Part shown: positions 33,983 to 41,766 of the stretch, piece by piece
Position numbering within the stretch: the stretch's first letter is position 1
How the letters are laid out: every line of letters starts with the position of its first letter
Source of the DNA: an uncultured Candidatus Saccharibacteria bacterium
Lineage (GTDB): Bacteria; Patescibacteriota; Minisyncoccia; GCA-002772825
Direction of reading: 5' to 3'
Length of the DNA: 41,766 nucleotides
Assembly (NCBI GenBank): GCA_964560655.1
Contig: CAZLLR010000002.1
Span: 1 to 41,766, forward strand
The notes under the pieces: generated by a model
Told to the model about the DNA's origin: nothing
Seen by the model: the letters and a program-made list of their open reading frames with translations, nothing else
Databases searched by the model: none
Position numbers and translations under genes: made by a program

Positions 33983-34408
33983 TTACGCTGTAACTTCTAG
34001 CCCCATAGAGCGAGCACTTCCCTCTATAATCTTCATTGCCGCCTCCACATTATTTGCGTTTAAGTCCTCCATCTTCCTCTCGGCAATCTCGCGAACTTGA
34101 GCCTTAGTCACTTTTCCAACCTTGACCGTAAGATTCTTACCAGAACCTTTTTCTACTCCAGCCGCTTTTCTAAGCAAGTCTGAAGCTGGCGGAGTCTTCA
34201 TTTTGAAGTCAAAACTCCTGTCGTCGTATACATATATCTCCACAGGGATAATATCCCCTACTTTATCCTTACTTGCTTCGTTAAACTTATTAACAAAATC
34301 ACCAATATTCACACCATGCTGACCCAAAGCAGGCCCAACAGGAGGTGCAGGATTAGCCTTACCAGCTGGTATTTGAAGCTTTATGATTGATTTAATTACT
34401 TTTGCCAT
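33983..34408 (-). CDS. rplK: 50S ribosomal protein L11
   Basis: ORF of 141 aa. [35 protein letters not shown]. Confidence 0.95.
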   Translation of the reverse strand: MAKVIKSIIKLQIPAGKANPAPPVGPALGQHGVNIGDFVNKFNEASKDKVGDIIPVEIYVYDDRSFDFKMKTPPASDLLRKAAGVEKGSGKNLTVKVGKVTKAQVREIAERKMEDLNANNVEAAMKIIEGSARSMGLEVTA

Positions 34409-34585
34409 ATGATTAATTTTTTTAACGAGTACAATGAGTTTTTAAAAATCATCGCCACGCACATAAATTTATAATATATAAGGTATAACCTTTTTTAACA
34501 TTTATTTCAATAGCTCTACTTTTTTACCTATTATATGCTTTATGTGCGTGGGTTGTGAAATTATAGACGATTCTCATCTTAATTT

Positions 34586-35131
34586 CTACAACTTCCTAAT
34601 CTGTAAAAAGTCCAGCTCTACTGGTGTCTCTCTACCAAAGATAGAGACGAGCACCTTCACCTTGCCGCGGGAGTCATCTACTTCCGATACTTTTCCTTCG
34701 AAATTTTTAAAAGGACCGTCGTTTACTTGTACGATCTCACCTATCGCAACATCTATCTTATGCTTTGCATCTGTGCCTTCCATCTTCTTGAAGAGCATTT
34801 CTATTTCACTTGAATCAAGAGGGGTAGGTGTAGTACCTGCGCCCACGAAGCCTGTAACCCTAGGAGTATTTCTTACCACATACCATGAATTATCCGTCAC
34901 AATCATTTCTACAAGCACATAACCAGGGTAAATTTTTTCTTCTATAACCTTCCTTTTTCCGGCTTTAATCTTTATTTTCTTTTCAGTAGGGACGACTACG
35001 TTAAAAATCTTATCCTCCATACCAAGAGACTCTATTCTCTGCCTTAAGTTACGAGAGACAGCGTCTTCATATCCGGCATAAGTATGTATAGCATACCAAT
35101 TTCTTTCTGTTTGTAATTCTTGTTTTGCCAT
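34586..35131 (-). CDS. nusG: transcription termination/antitermination factor NusG
   Basis: ORF of 181 aa. The NGN domain begins WYAIHTYAGYEDAV. The KOW motif is GEIVQVNDGPFKNFEGKVSEVD. Confidence 0.93.
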   Translation of the reverse strand: MAKQELQTERNWYAIHTYAGYEDAVSRNLRQRIESLGMEDKIFNVVVPTEKKIKIKAGKRKVIEEKIYPGYVLVEMIVTDNSWYVVRNTPRVTGFVGAGTTPTPLDSSEIEMLFKKMEGTDAKHKIDVAIGEIVQVNDGPFKNFEGKVSEVDDSRGKVKVLVSIFGRETPVELDFLQIRKL

Positions 35132-35184
35132 ATTTTTTAAAAAAATTAAAGTTTATGAATAATCCGCATCAACGAAAACCATAT

Positions 35185-35364
35185 TTAAACAATCACCTTA
35201 TCTATAATGTAGCCAAATATAAAATCAAAAAAACCTAAGTAAAGTGCGACAAAAATTGATATCGCTATAACAATAATAGTAAATCGAATAGTCTCCTTCC
35301 TAGAAGGCCATTTTACATGCTTTAATTCTCCCTTAGTATCTCTTAAATAATCTATTAATTTCAT
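35185..35364 (-). CDS. secE: preprotein translocase subunit SecE
   Basis: Found by hand because, at 59 aa, it is below the ORF-track cutoff. MKLIDYLRDTKGELKHVKWPSRKETIRFTIIVIAISIFVALYLGFFDFIFGYIIDKVIV. It has the ELKKV-WPSRKE signature and one TM helix, and sits in the canonical position upstream of nusG. Confidence 0.85.
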   Translation of the reverse strand: MKLIDYLRDTKGELKHVKWPSRKETIRFTIIVIAISIFVALYLGFFDFIFGYIIDKVIV

Positions 35365-35402
35365 AAATCCTAATTTAAAACGCCCTCTCAGGCGCTACAA
35401 AC

Positions 35403-35430
35403 ATAATACTCTCTTCAGGTATTATGTCAA
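35403..35430 (-). promoter_or_regulatory. candidate sigma-70 promoter of secE-nusG-rplK (TTGACA-16-TATTAT)
   Basis: The minus strand reads ttgaca taatacctgaagagag tattat. A small hairpin, GCGCCugagaGGCGUuuu, follows in the leader before the secE ATG. Confidence 0.45.
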
Positions 35431-35500
35431 CTAGAGCAACGTCTGCCTACTGGTAGGTATGGTCAAACGGCTCTATTATTATACTTTTAAACACATTCAT

Positions 35501-35875
35501 CTAAAATCCGAAAATACCCCAAAACCAACTTTTACTCTTTACTGGATTAGTCTCTTCATTATTGTTTCTCGCATCATCAACGATGATGAGCACTTCTTCC
35601 CCAGGCTTAGCTATCTGGAATTTATCTCTAAGTTCCTCTTCTATTCCGGCGTTTGTCTTTAGGCGCGCCACCTCCGAGTCAAAATAATCTTTCTTTGCCC
35701 TAAGTTTATCAAGCTTACTTTTAACCTCATCGTTCTTCTGGGCTGCTTCCCTGCTCTTTCTATATACTCCGACAGTGGAAAAAACAATAGAGATAAAAAC
35801 AATAAATAACAACAAAATAGAAAATTTTGAATAGAAAAGACGACGCCACATTCTCCTTTGTTGAAATTCTCTCAT
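35501..35875 (-). CDS. septum formation initiator (FtsB/DivIC-like)
   Basis: The ORF track gives 35501..35929. The likely start is MREFQQRR (35875). It has one TM helix and then a coiled coil, EVKSKLDKLRAKKDYFDSEVARLKTNAGIEEELRDKFQIAKPGEEVLIIV. Confidence 0.65.
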   Translation of the reverse strand: MREFQQRRMWRRLFYSKFSILLLFIVFISIVFSTVGVYRKSREAAQKNDEVKSKLDKLRAKKDYFDSEVARLKTNAGIEEELRDKFQIAKPGEEVLIIVDDARNNNEETNPVKSKSWFWGIFGF

Positions 35876-35997
35876 CGTTACTGTATTATAGCAATAATGC
35901 ACACTAAAAAACAAAAGAAGCGCCACCAAGTCATCTGGATAACTATATCCCTATTGGCTGTAATAGGTATGGTGCTCTTTACAATAGCGCCACTCCT

Positions 35998-37785
35998 CTA
36001 GCTTTTCATCATCTTCAGAAAGACTTCTTGAGGTATATTTACTTTTGCAAAGGCCCCTCGCCTTTTCTTACCTTTTTTCTGTTTTTCCCAGAGCTTCTTT
36101 TTCCTAGAGATATCTCCTCCATAAAGATAGCCTGCAACATCTTTCTTCATAGCAGATATTGTCCGAGAAGATACTATTCTCCCCAGAGCCTTGGCTTGGA
36201 TCTTAATAGCGAAGAGCTGGCGAGGCAAGATCTTACGTAACTTTTCAACCGCTTCTTCAGATTCTATCTCTACCCTTCTCCTTGAGATAATCTTAGTAAG
36301 AGCCATCACCGGCTCTTCCGCCACGAGGATATCAAGCTTCACTACATCAGCTTCTTTTATATCGCCCATCTTATAAGAAATAGAGGCGTAACCTGACGAC
36401 ACACTCTTTAATCTGTCGAAGAACCCCCTCATGAGTTCACGTAGGGGCATCTCTCCTCCCAAGGAGAATCTTTCTTTACCAAATTGTTTTGTGTCAGATA
36501 CTTTCGCTTCATGTTCATAACAAAGCTTCATAATGTCCCCCACATTTTCTGCAGTGGTGATAATTTCAAAAGTGACCCATGGTTCAAAAATCTTTTTTAT
36601 CAAATGAGGCTCAGGAAAAAGTATCGGGGACCGGAATGTCTCTTTTTTGCCTGATACAAGCTCTACCTCGTAAGAAATAGTCGGCGAAGCAGTAATAAGC
36701 TCCAGAGAGAATTCTCTCTTCAATCGCTCAATTATTATCTCCAAGTGGAGCATCCCTAAAAAGCCACAACGGAAGCCTCTACCTAGCGCCCCTTGCGACT
36801 CTTCTTCAAACTCAAGCGACGAGTCAGAAAGATGCAATTTCATAAGAGCCTGCTTTAGGTCATCAAAGTCATCTTTACCTTCAGGATAAACACTAGCCCA
36901 GACAACAGGACTCGGCTTGAAGTACCCAGGGAGGGCAGGGAGAGGTTTCTTGAAGAAAGTGACAGTGTCACCCACCACAGCAACATTAGGCTTCTTAATA
37001 TTTGTAACTATATAACCTGTCTCCCCTCTATTTAATACGGCGACTTCTTTACGCTCGGGAGTGAAGATCCCCACTTCTCCAGCGATAAATTTCTCCTTAC
37101 CGGCAACTAATACAAGTTCGTCTCCCTTCTTAAACGAGCCATCTATCACTCTTGCATATACAATAACTCCCTGATGATTAGAATATTCAAAGTCAAAGAT
37201 AAGCGCTCGTGACCCATCGTCAAAAGTATGTAGAGGCGGGGGTATACGCTTTATAATCTCTGCTATAAGTTCATCTACTCCTTCTCCGGTCTTTGCAGAA
37301 ACCTTGAGCACCTCTTGCTCCTCGCAACCCAACAGGTCCACTACTTCTTTTAACACAGCGTCAACTCTAGCCGCTGGCATGTCTATCTTATTTAAAACAG
37401 GGATTATGACGAGTCCGCTCTCTTTTGCCATCTCAAGGGTAGAGAAGGTCTGCGCTTGCACACCCTGTGTAGCATCTACAAGAAGGATTGTCCCCTCTAC
37501 AGCCTTAAGTGCTCTTGATACTTCATAAGAGAAGTCTATGTGTCCAGGAGTGTCTATGAGGTTGAGTTCGTAATCCTCGCCATCAAGATTATAAGCCATC
37601 CTTACAGGCTGCATCTTTATAGTGATACCTCTTTCACGTTCAAGCTCCATAACGTCAAGCACTTGAGCCCTCATCTTTCTCTTCTCCACAGCATTAGTCT
37701 TGTCGATAAGACGGTCGGCAAGTGTGGATTTACCATGGTCAATATGAGCGATAATACTGAAATTTCTTATATTCTTAGTTTCCAT
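35998..37785 (-). CDS. lepA: translation elongation factor 4 (LepA)
   Basis: ORF of 595 aa. IRNFSIIAHIDHGKSTLADRL, DTPGHIDF, NKID, and the LepA-specific C-terminal domain. Confidence 0.95.
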   Translation of the reverse strand: METKNIRNFSIIAHIDHGKSTLADRLIDKTNAVEKRKMRAQVLDVMELERERGITIKMQPVRMAYNLDGEDYELNLIDTPGHIDFSYEVSRALKAVEGTILLVDATQGVQAQTFSTLEMAKESGLVIIPVLNKIDMPAARVDAVLKEVVDLLGCEEQEVLKVSAKTGEGVDELIAEIIKRIPPPLHTFDDGSRALIFDFEYSNHQGVIVYARVIDGSFKKGDELVLVAGKEKFIAGEVGIFTPERKEVAVLNRGETGYIVTNIKKPNVAVVGDTVTFFKKPLPALPGYFKPSPVVWASVYPEGKDDFDDLKQALMKLHLSDSSLEFEEESQGALGRGFRCGFLGMLHLEIIIERLKREFSLELITASPTISYEVELVSGKKETFRSPILFPEPHLIKKIFEPWVTFEIITTAENVGDIMKLCYEHEAKVSDTKQFGKERFSLGGEMPLRELMRGFFDRLKSVSSGYASISYKMGDIKEADVVKLDILVAEEPVMALTKIISRRRVEIESEEAVEKLRKILPRQLFAIKIQAKALGRIVSSRTISAMKKDVAGYLYGGDISRKKKLWEKQKKGKKRRGAFAKVNIPQEVFLKMMKS

Positions 37786-37828
37786 TTACTATATCCTACA
37801 TTAAAACGACCTTAATTTCTAGAGAATT

Positions 37829-37861
37829 AAAAATCCCCAAGGTGGGACCTTGGGGATTTTT
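37829..37861 (-). terminator. rho-independent terminator after the desulfoferrodoxin gene
   Basis: aaaaaTCCCCAAGG tggga CCTTGGGGAttttt. It is symmetric and lies 3 nt after the stop. Confidence 0.85.
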
Positions 37862-37863
37862 AA

Positions 37864-38238
37864 TTAAGACTTCCACAGTCCGTGGAGGTTGCAATAGGCT
37901 CGAGCTTCGACAGCCTCAGCATCAATCTTAAACTCTGCTTCTGCCGCGTCACCTGGGTTAAGGAATTTTCTATAAGCTTTATCGCCGGCTATAATTTCAA
38001 TCCACTCTATATAATGAGCATCTTCCATGGGGTGAGCTATAGAGCCTACTTTTACCAAAAATCCGCCCTCTACCTTTTCTATTACTGGCACATGCTTCTC
38101 TTTTGCCGCCTCTACAGTATTTTCCTTTTGCCTCTCCATTGGGTGCCCACAACAAACGAGACTCCCTCCGCCAGCATGGATAGCTTCTACAATATTTCCA
38201 CATTCACTACATTTATAGACTTCTTTTTGTTTTATCAT
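37864..38238 (-). CDS. dfx: desulfoferrodoxin (2Fe superoxide reductase)
   Basis: ORF of 124 aa. The desulforedoxin-type N-domain is [11 protein letters not shown]...LVCCGHPM. The SOR centre is EKHVPV...[13 protein letters not shown]...YCNLHGLW. Confidence 0.9.
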   Translation of the reverse strand: MIKQKEVYKCSECGNIVEAIHAGGGSLVCCGHPMERQKENTVEAAKEKHVPVIEKVEGGFLVKVGSIAHPMEDAHYIEWIEIIAGDKAYRKFLNPGDAAEAEFKIDAEAVEARAYCNLHGLWKS

Positions 38239-38278
38239 AAATATTATTCTAGTTTTTAAGTAATTTTATTTTACCTAC

Positions 38279-38845
38279 TTATATCTTCCCGACCAAATCC
38301 AGCCCCGGCTTTAAAGTATCTTTGCCAGGCTCCCAGCTTGCTGGGCAGACATTACCAGCATGTTCCGCCACAAACTTTGCCGCTTGAAGCTTACGTAAGA
38401 GTTCTTTAGCGCTCCTACCTACACTGTTGTCGTGTATCTCATAAGCCTTCACTAAGCCCTCAGGGCTGATTAAGAAGCTTCCCCTAAGAGATAAGCCCTC
38501 TTCTTCTATATAAGTTCCAAACTCCCTAGAGAGTTTACCTGTAGGGTCAGCCGCCATTGGGTACTTGATCTTCTTTATGGCCGGTGAAGTATCGTGCCAC
38601 GCTTTATGAACGAAGACCGTATCTGTGCTTACAGATATAACTTCTGCACCTTCTTTCTTAAATTCTTCATAACTATTAGCAAGCTCCTCAAGCTCAGTAG
38701 GACAAACGAAAGTGAAGTCCGCTGGATAAAAGACCAAGGCCACCCACTTGCCTTTATAGTCTGATAATTTTATCTTCTTAGTATCTTCGTCTTGATACAC
38801 TTCAAACTCAACATCTGTCACTTTCTTATTGATTAGATTCTCCAT
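38279..38845 (-). CDS. peroxiredoxin (typical 2-Cys AhpC/Prx1 type)
   Basis: ORF of 188 aa. The peroxidatic-Cys motif is FYPADFTFVCPTE and the resolving Cys is in GNVCPASW. Confidence 0.92.
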   Translation of the reverse strand: MENLINKKVTDVEFEVYQDEDTKKIKLSDYKGKWVALVFYPADFTFVCPTELEELANSYEEFKKEGAEVISVSTDTVFVHKAWHDTSPAIKKIKYPMAADPTGKLSREFGTYIEEEGLSLRGSFLISPEGLVKAYEIHDNSVGRSAKELLRKLQAAKFVAEHAGNVCPASWEPGKDTLKPGLDLVGKI

Positions 38846-38891
38846 AATTTTATCTGTTATAGTTTATAAAAATGACAACCTTTATTGTTAG

Positions 38892-39173
38892 TTATTTTAA
38901 TTCTTTCTCTACTTCTTTCTTTCCAGCTTCAAGCTCTTTCACTTGTTCCTCATCTATAGCGAGAAGTAAAGTCTGGAATTCGCCCACATGAGTCTTCTCT
39001 TCTTTTGCCACATCTAGTAAGACTTTCTTGATATCCTCGCTTTGGGCATTGGCGGCAAGCTGTTCATATAAACTTACAGCATCAAGCTCGGCAATCATTG
39101 CCACCCTAAGTATCTCTTTGTCTATATCTTCTTTTTTAACTTCATCTAGGTTCGCAGGTATATTTGATAACAT
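38892..39173 (-). CDS. small ferritin-like (EncFtn/rubrerythrin-like) protein
   Basis: ORF of 93 aa. IAELDAVSLYEQ ... AKEEKTHVGEF matches the E...Y...ExxH di-iron half-site pattern of encapsulated-ferritin-type proteins. I see no obvious C-terminal encapsulin-targeting peptide. Confidence 0.6.
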   Translation of the reverse strand: MLSNIPANLDEVKKEDIDKEILRVAMIAELDAVSLYEQLAANAQSEDIKKVLLDVAKEEKTHVGEFQTLLLAIDEEQVKELEAGKKEVEKELK

Positions 39174-39225
39174 TTTTTATTAGTTAATATCTATAATTAT
39201 CTATTATCTTACTTTTTAGTAATTT

Positions 39226-40923
39226 TTACAACTCCTCAGGCTGTGGAGCGATAGGCTTAGTCCTCCAAAACTTATGCCGGAAAGATACTACTATCTCATC
39301 TAACTCTCTATTCTTTAACACGACGAGTACACTAACTCCAGTCACAATACCTATGACCCCAGAGAGTAACCCTTGGAATAATATGCCTAAGAATGTATTT
39401 ATATCAAAAACATTATTAAAGATAGCCAAAGAAATATAAGCGACAACGCCCATAACGATAGCTGAAGTAAGTGACTGCCAACTTACCCTCCTCAGTCCAG
39501 ACAACCTGCCAAAGTCCCTTTCAAAAATTCTCCATAAGATGATACCGTTTAAGAGCATGCCAAACGAATAAGCAATAGGGAGGGCCAACACAGTTGAGCC
39601 AACTACTCCCTCTACTCTCAAAAGATCTTCAACGAAAATCCGAACAGATGGCAACAAATCAAATATTTTTATAAAGACAAATGCTGAGATGATTATAATA
39701 ACCGAAGATATAATATTAATTACGATAGGCTTCCTAGTCTCACCTGAGGCATAATAACCGCGGACAAACAATAGGACCAAGCTCTGAGAAACAAGAGAGA
39801 ATATAAAGACGGCCAAAGCCGCAGCCACAAGCCTAGTATCCGTCCAGTCGAAAGAGCCAGTCCCCAGTATCACTCTCACTATCTGAGCTCTAAGTACGAT
39901 AAAGAGCCCCGTTAAAGGCACAGACCAGAAGATAATGTGCCTACCGGCTATCAGTATGTGGTTTAGAAATTCCTCTCGCCTATTCTCTGTAAAGAAACGC
40001 GCTAAAGTCGGGAAAGCAGCTACCGAATAACTGGCTCCTATCACAGCAAGGGAGACAGACTGTAGGTTAAAAGCAAAAGTTAAAATAGTAATACTGCCTA
40101 TACTTATACTAGAGGCCAAAGCTACAAAGATAGTAAACACAAACTGAGTCACTGAAAGGCCCAACGCGCGAGGGAGAGAAAGGTAAAAAACTTTTCTTAT
40201 ATCAGAGAAATTTCTTACAATCTCAAACTTAGGTAAGAAACCAATCTTATAGACAATGGGAATTTGTATCGCAAAATGAAGAAAAGCCCCAAGTAAAACT
40301 CCAAGAGCTAAGCCATTTAAGCCGAAGGCTGGGTATAGAAATATTATCCCAAAGATTATTCCTATGTTATAAAATATCGGCGCTAGTGCATAGATAAAGA
40401 ACTTATTAAAAGACTGAACGATGCTTGAGAATATACCCGATAGACCTAAAAAGACTGGGGAGAGAAGAAGTATCCTTGTGAGAGTGATGAGTTTTTCGGC
40501 CTCATTCTCACCAAAGCCCGGTGCTATAAATTTTACCAAATAAGGGATTGCGAAAAACAAAATTACAGACAAGGAAAGTATAAGGATAGCGAAAATACTA
40601 AAAACTGAATTTATAAACCTAGAGGCTTCTTCCTTCCTTTGTGCATCCGTGTTCTTCTTATCTGAAAGTTTACCTAAAAAAATCGGTATCAAGACGGAGA
40701 CTGAGACAACTAAAGAAACAGCAAAAACATATACAAGATCTGGTATCCTAAAAGATGCATAATATATATCAAGATCCAGTCCTGCACCGAATTTACCAGC
40801 AAGGAGCCTGTCTCGGAACAAAGCTAAGACTTGCGAACCCAGTGAAGAGAGGGCAAGAAGAAGCGCTGCTTCATGCAAACCATCAAATCCTTTATAAACA
40901 AAATTTAATATCCTTTTTACCAT
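39226..40923 (-). CDS. murJ: lipid II flippase MurJ
   Basis: ORF of 565 aa with about 14 TM helices. The N-terminal pattern SSLGSQVLALFRDRLLAGKFGAGLDLDIYYASFRIPDLVY is typical of MurJ/MviN. Confidence 0.85.
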   Translation of the reverse strand: MVKRILNFVYKGFDGLHEAALLLALSSLGSQVLALFRDRLLAGKFGAGLDLDIYYASFRIPDLVYVFAVSLVVSVSVLIPIFLGKLSDKKNTDAQRKEEASRFINSVFSIFAILILSLSVILFFAIPYLVKFIAPGFGENEAEKLITLTRILLLSPVFLGLSGIFSSIVQSFNKFFIYALAPIFYNIGIIFGIIFLYPAFGLNGLALGVLLGAFLHFAIQIPIVYKIGFLPKFEIVRNFSDIRKVFYLSLPRALGLSVTQFVFTIFVALASSISIGSITILTFAFNLQSVSLAVIGASYSVAAFPTLARFFTENRREEFLNHILIAGRHIIFWSVPLTGLFIVLRAQIVRVILGTGSFDWTDTRLVAAALAVFIFSLVSQSLVLLFVRGYYASGETRKPIVINIISSVIIIISAFVFIKIFDLLPSVRIFVEDLLRVEGVVGSTVLALPIAYSFGMLLNGIILWRIFERDFGRLSGLRRVSWQSLTSAIVMGVVAYISLAIFNNVFDINTFLGILFQGLLSGVIGIVTGVSVLVVLKNRELDEIVVSFRHKFWRTKPIAPQPEEL

Positions 40924-40973
40924 TTAAACAAAAGCACTTCAAAAACGGATAAAACTATTATACGATATAATAC

Positions 40974-41201
40974 ATGAAAAGACGCATGGGGATAAAGTAT
41001 CTTACTACTAAAGAAGCTGCCCTTATCTTAGGGGTGTCCCCTGCTACCCTAAGGATATGGGACGAGAATGGAAAATTCAAAGCGGAAAGAGACCCTAAAA
41101 ATAATTACCGCATCTATAGGATACCTGAAATAGAGTCCTTTATGAAAGATCATAACTTAAAGCACCAGACAAACAAAAGACTCGTTGACGAGGATGAATA
41201 A
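40974..41201 (+). CDS. small MerR/excisionase-type HTH DNA-binding protein
   Basis: ORF of 75 aa. YLTTKEAALILGVSPATLRIWDENGKFKAERDPKNNYRIY is a MerR-superfamily (HTH_17-like) DNA-binding domain with no effector domain. Confidence 0.65.
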   Translation: MKRRMGIKYLTTKEAALILGVSPATLRIWDENGKFKAERDPKNNYRIYRIPEIESFMKDHNLKHQTNKRLVDEDE

Positions 41202-41203
41202 AA

Positions 41204-41240
41204 TAAAAAAACCGCTCGCCATGTGACGAACGGTTTTTTA
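41204..41240. terminator. bidirectional terminator shared by the HTH gene (+) and rnpB (-)
   Basis: aaaaaaaCCGCTCGcc atgtgaCGAACGGtttttta. The stem includes G-U pairs and has A/T runs on both sides. Confidence 0.65.
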
Positions 41241-41247
41241 TTTGTTT

Positions 41248-41712
41248 GCTTACGCTTATAAGCCGAATTCTGTACTGAACTTACCCGAGAGCAAGGACAG
41301 CGATAATCATTTATCTGTTCCATCTGTTACCAAACGGAATCAAGCGGCACTCCAGCACTAGGCTGACACGGCCTTGCACCAAACAGGGTTTACCACTTAT
41401 AACCGTTGCCGATTATAACTCTAGAGTAGCCTTACGACATCTCTAGTCTTTTCACCTTTCTCCTTAGATAAACCAAGGATAGTATTGTCTCTGTGGCACT
41501 TTCCCTACTCCGACATCACTGCCGAAGCGGAGGGTATTACCCTCTGCTTACTTCTGCCAAAATTGTTTGAATGAAGTGAAATTACAATTTTGAGTATCCG
41601 CCTAGGGTGGACTTTCAAATTCATATTCACCTCAAACAAACAAAATCAACAGGGTGTTCGGACTTTCCTCCCTGTACTTTTAAAAAAGACAGAGCGATTA
41701 TCCAGCGTAAGC
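41248..41712 (-). ncRNA. rnpB: RNase P RNA (bacterial type), about 465 nt
   Basis: The minus strand reads GCUUACGCUGGAUAAUCGCU...ACAGGGAGGAAAGUCCGAACACC (universal P4 5' strand GAGGAAAGUCCG) ... AGGGAAAGUGCCACAGAGA ... GGUGCAAGGCC ... GGUAAGUUCAGUACAGAAUUCGGCUUAUAAGCGUAAGC (P4 3' strand ACAGAAnnCGGCUUA). The 5' GCUUACGCU pairs with the 3' AGCGUAAGC (P1), and GAUAAUC pairs with GAUUAUC (P2). Confidence 0.9.
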
Positions 41713-41719
41713 TATATAT

Positions 41720-41748
41720 ATTATAACACTATATTACCTAAAATGCAA
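41720..41748 (-). promoter_or_regulatory. rnpB promoter (TTGCAT-17-TATAAT)
   Basis: The minus strand reads ttgcat tttaggtaatatagtgt tataat atatata G. The -10 is perfect, the spacer is 17 nt, and the predicted start is 7 nt downstream, exactly at the first base of the P1 stem. Confidence 0.6.
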
Positions 41749-41766
41749 GCATGAAACTCTCTATAT

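Noticed and set aside
35365-35500. An expected tRNA-Trp and/or rpmG (L33) upstream of secE, as found in many bacteria.
   Set aside because: There is no cloverleaf, no GTTCGAATC-like T-arm, and only a 17-codon ORF. The interval is better explained as promoter plus short leader.
1-41766. A search for defence or toxin-antitoxin systems, prophage genes, alternative genetic code (UGA recoding) and inteins or introns in housekeeping genes.
   Set aside because: I saw no nuclease, ATPase, methylase, Cas, Abi or TA-type gene pairs. All conserved genes read through in the standard code with normal lengths, apart from the IleRS insertion, which is a folded enzyme domain and not an intein (no Cys/Ser-...-HN splice junctions). 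TGA is used as a stop, for example in the RAYT gene.

Overview
This is an AT-rich, gene-dense window of about 41.8 kb. About 40 CDS are supportable, roughly 85% of them on the minus strand, and all read cleanly in the standard genetic code. It looks like a chromosomal segment of a small-genome Patescibacteria/CPR-type (Parcubacteria-like) bacterium. That placement is an inference from gene content and style, not from any search.

The housekeeping core covers roughly 8.2-41.7 kb:
- ftsK, recA, an ECF sigma factor and efp
- the rpsF-ssb-rpsR operon
- tatD, metG, an AI-2E permease, an M16 peptidase and glyQS
- recO and a small glycoside-hydrolase cluster (GH1 plus a clan GH-A enzyme)
- ileS, a dCMP deaminase plus a ThyA-like gene, and a CYTH protein
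- secE-nusG-rplK with no rplA following, then an ftsB-like gene and lepA
- an oxygen-defence cluster (desulfoferrodoxin, peroxiredoxin, small ferritin-like protein)
- murJ, a small MerR-type HTH gene, and an RNase P RNA gene found by hand on the minus strand

secE (59 aa) is below the ORF-track cutoff and was also found by hand. I found no rRNA, tRNA or CRISPR array, and I recognised no defence system.

The left 8 kb is accessory. It holds two tandem paralogous small membrane proteins, an IS200-like HUH/Y1 (RAYT-like) transposase surrounded by REP-like palindromes, a TPR protein, a 1199-aa cell-surface protein with a roughly 700-nt non-coding leader, and a four-helix-bundle plus wHTH protein.

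The observations I rank highest are:
1. The IleRS carries an in-frame, roughly 200-aa histidine-phosphatase (PGAM-type) domain nested inside its zinc knuckle, with all catalytic residues intact.
2. A three-copy structured intergenic element shows compensatory base changes. Two copies bracket the wHTH gene and one supplies the stop codon of rpsF.
3. A ThyA-like enzyme is sandwiched between an MtrA-like N-domain and an extra C-domain, next to dCMP deaminase.
4. A RAYT gene sits with a local family of CAAGGTG-N-CACCTTG palindromes.
5. Perfect DnaA boxes are statistically surprising in their concentration in the first 7 kb.

Limits: everything was done by eye. Hand-placed coordinates are good to about 2 nt. 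In the first 240 nt my counting disagrees with the ORF track by 1 nt. No database search, fold calculation or statistics could be run.
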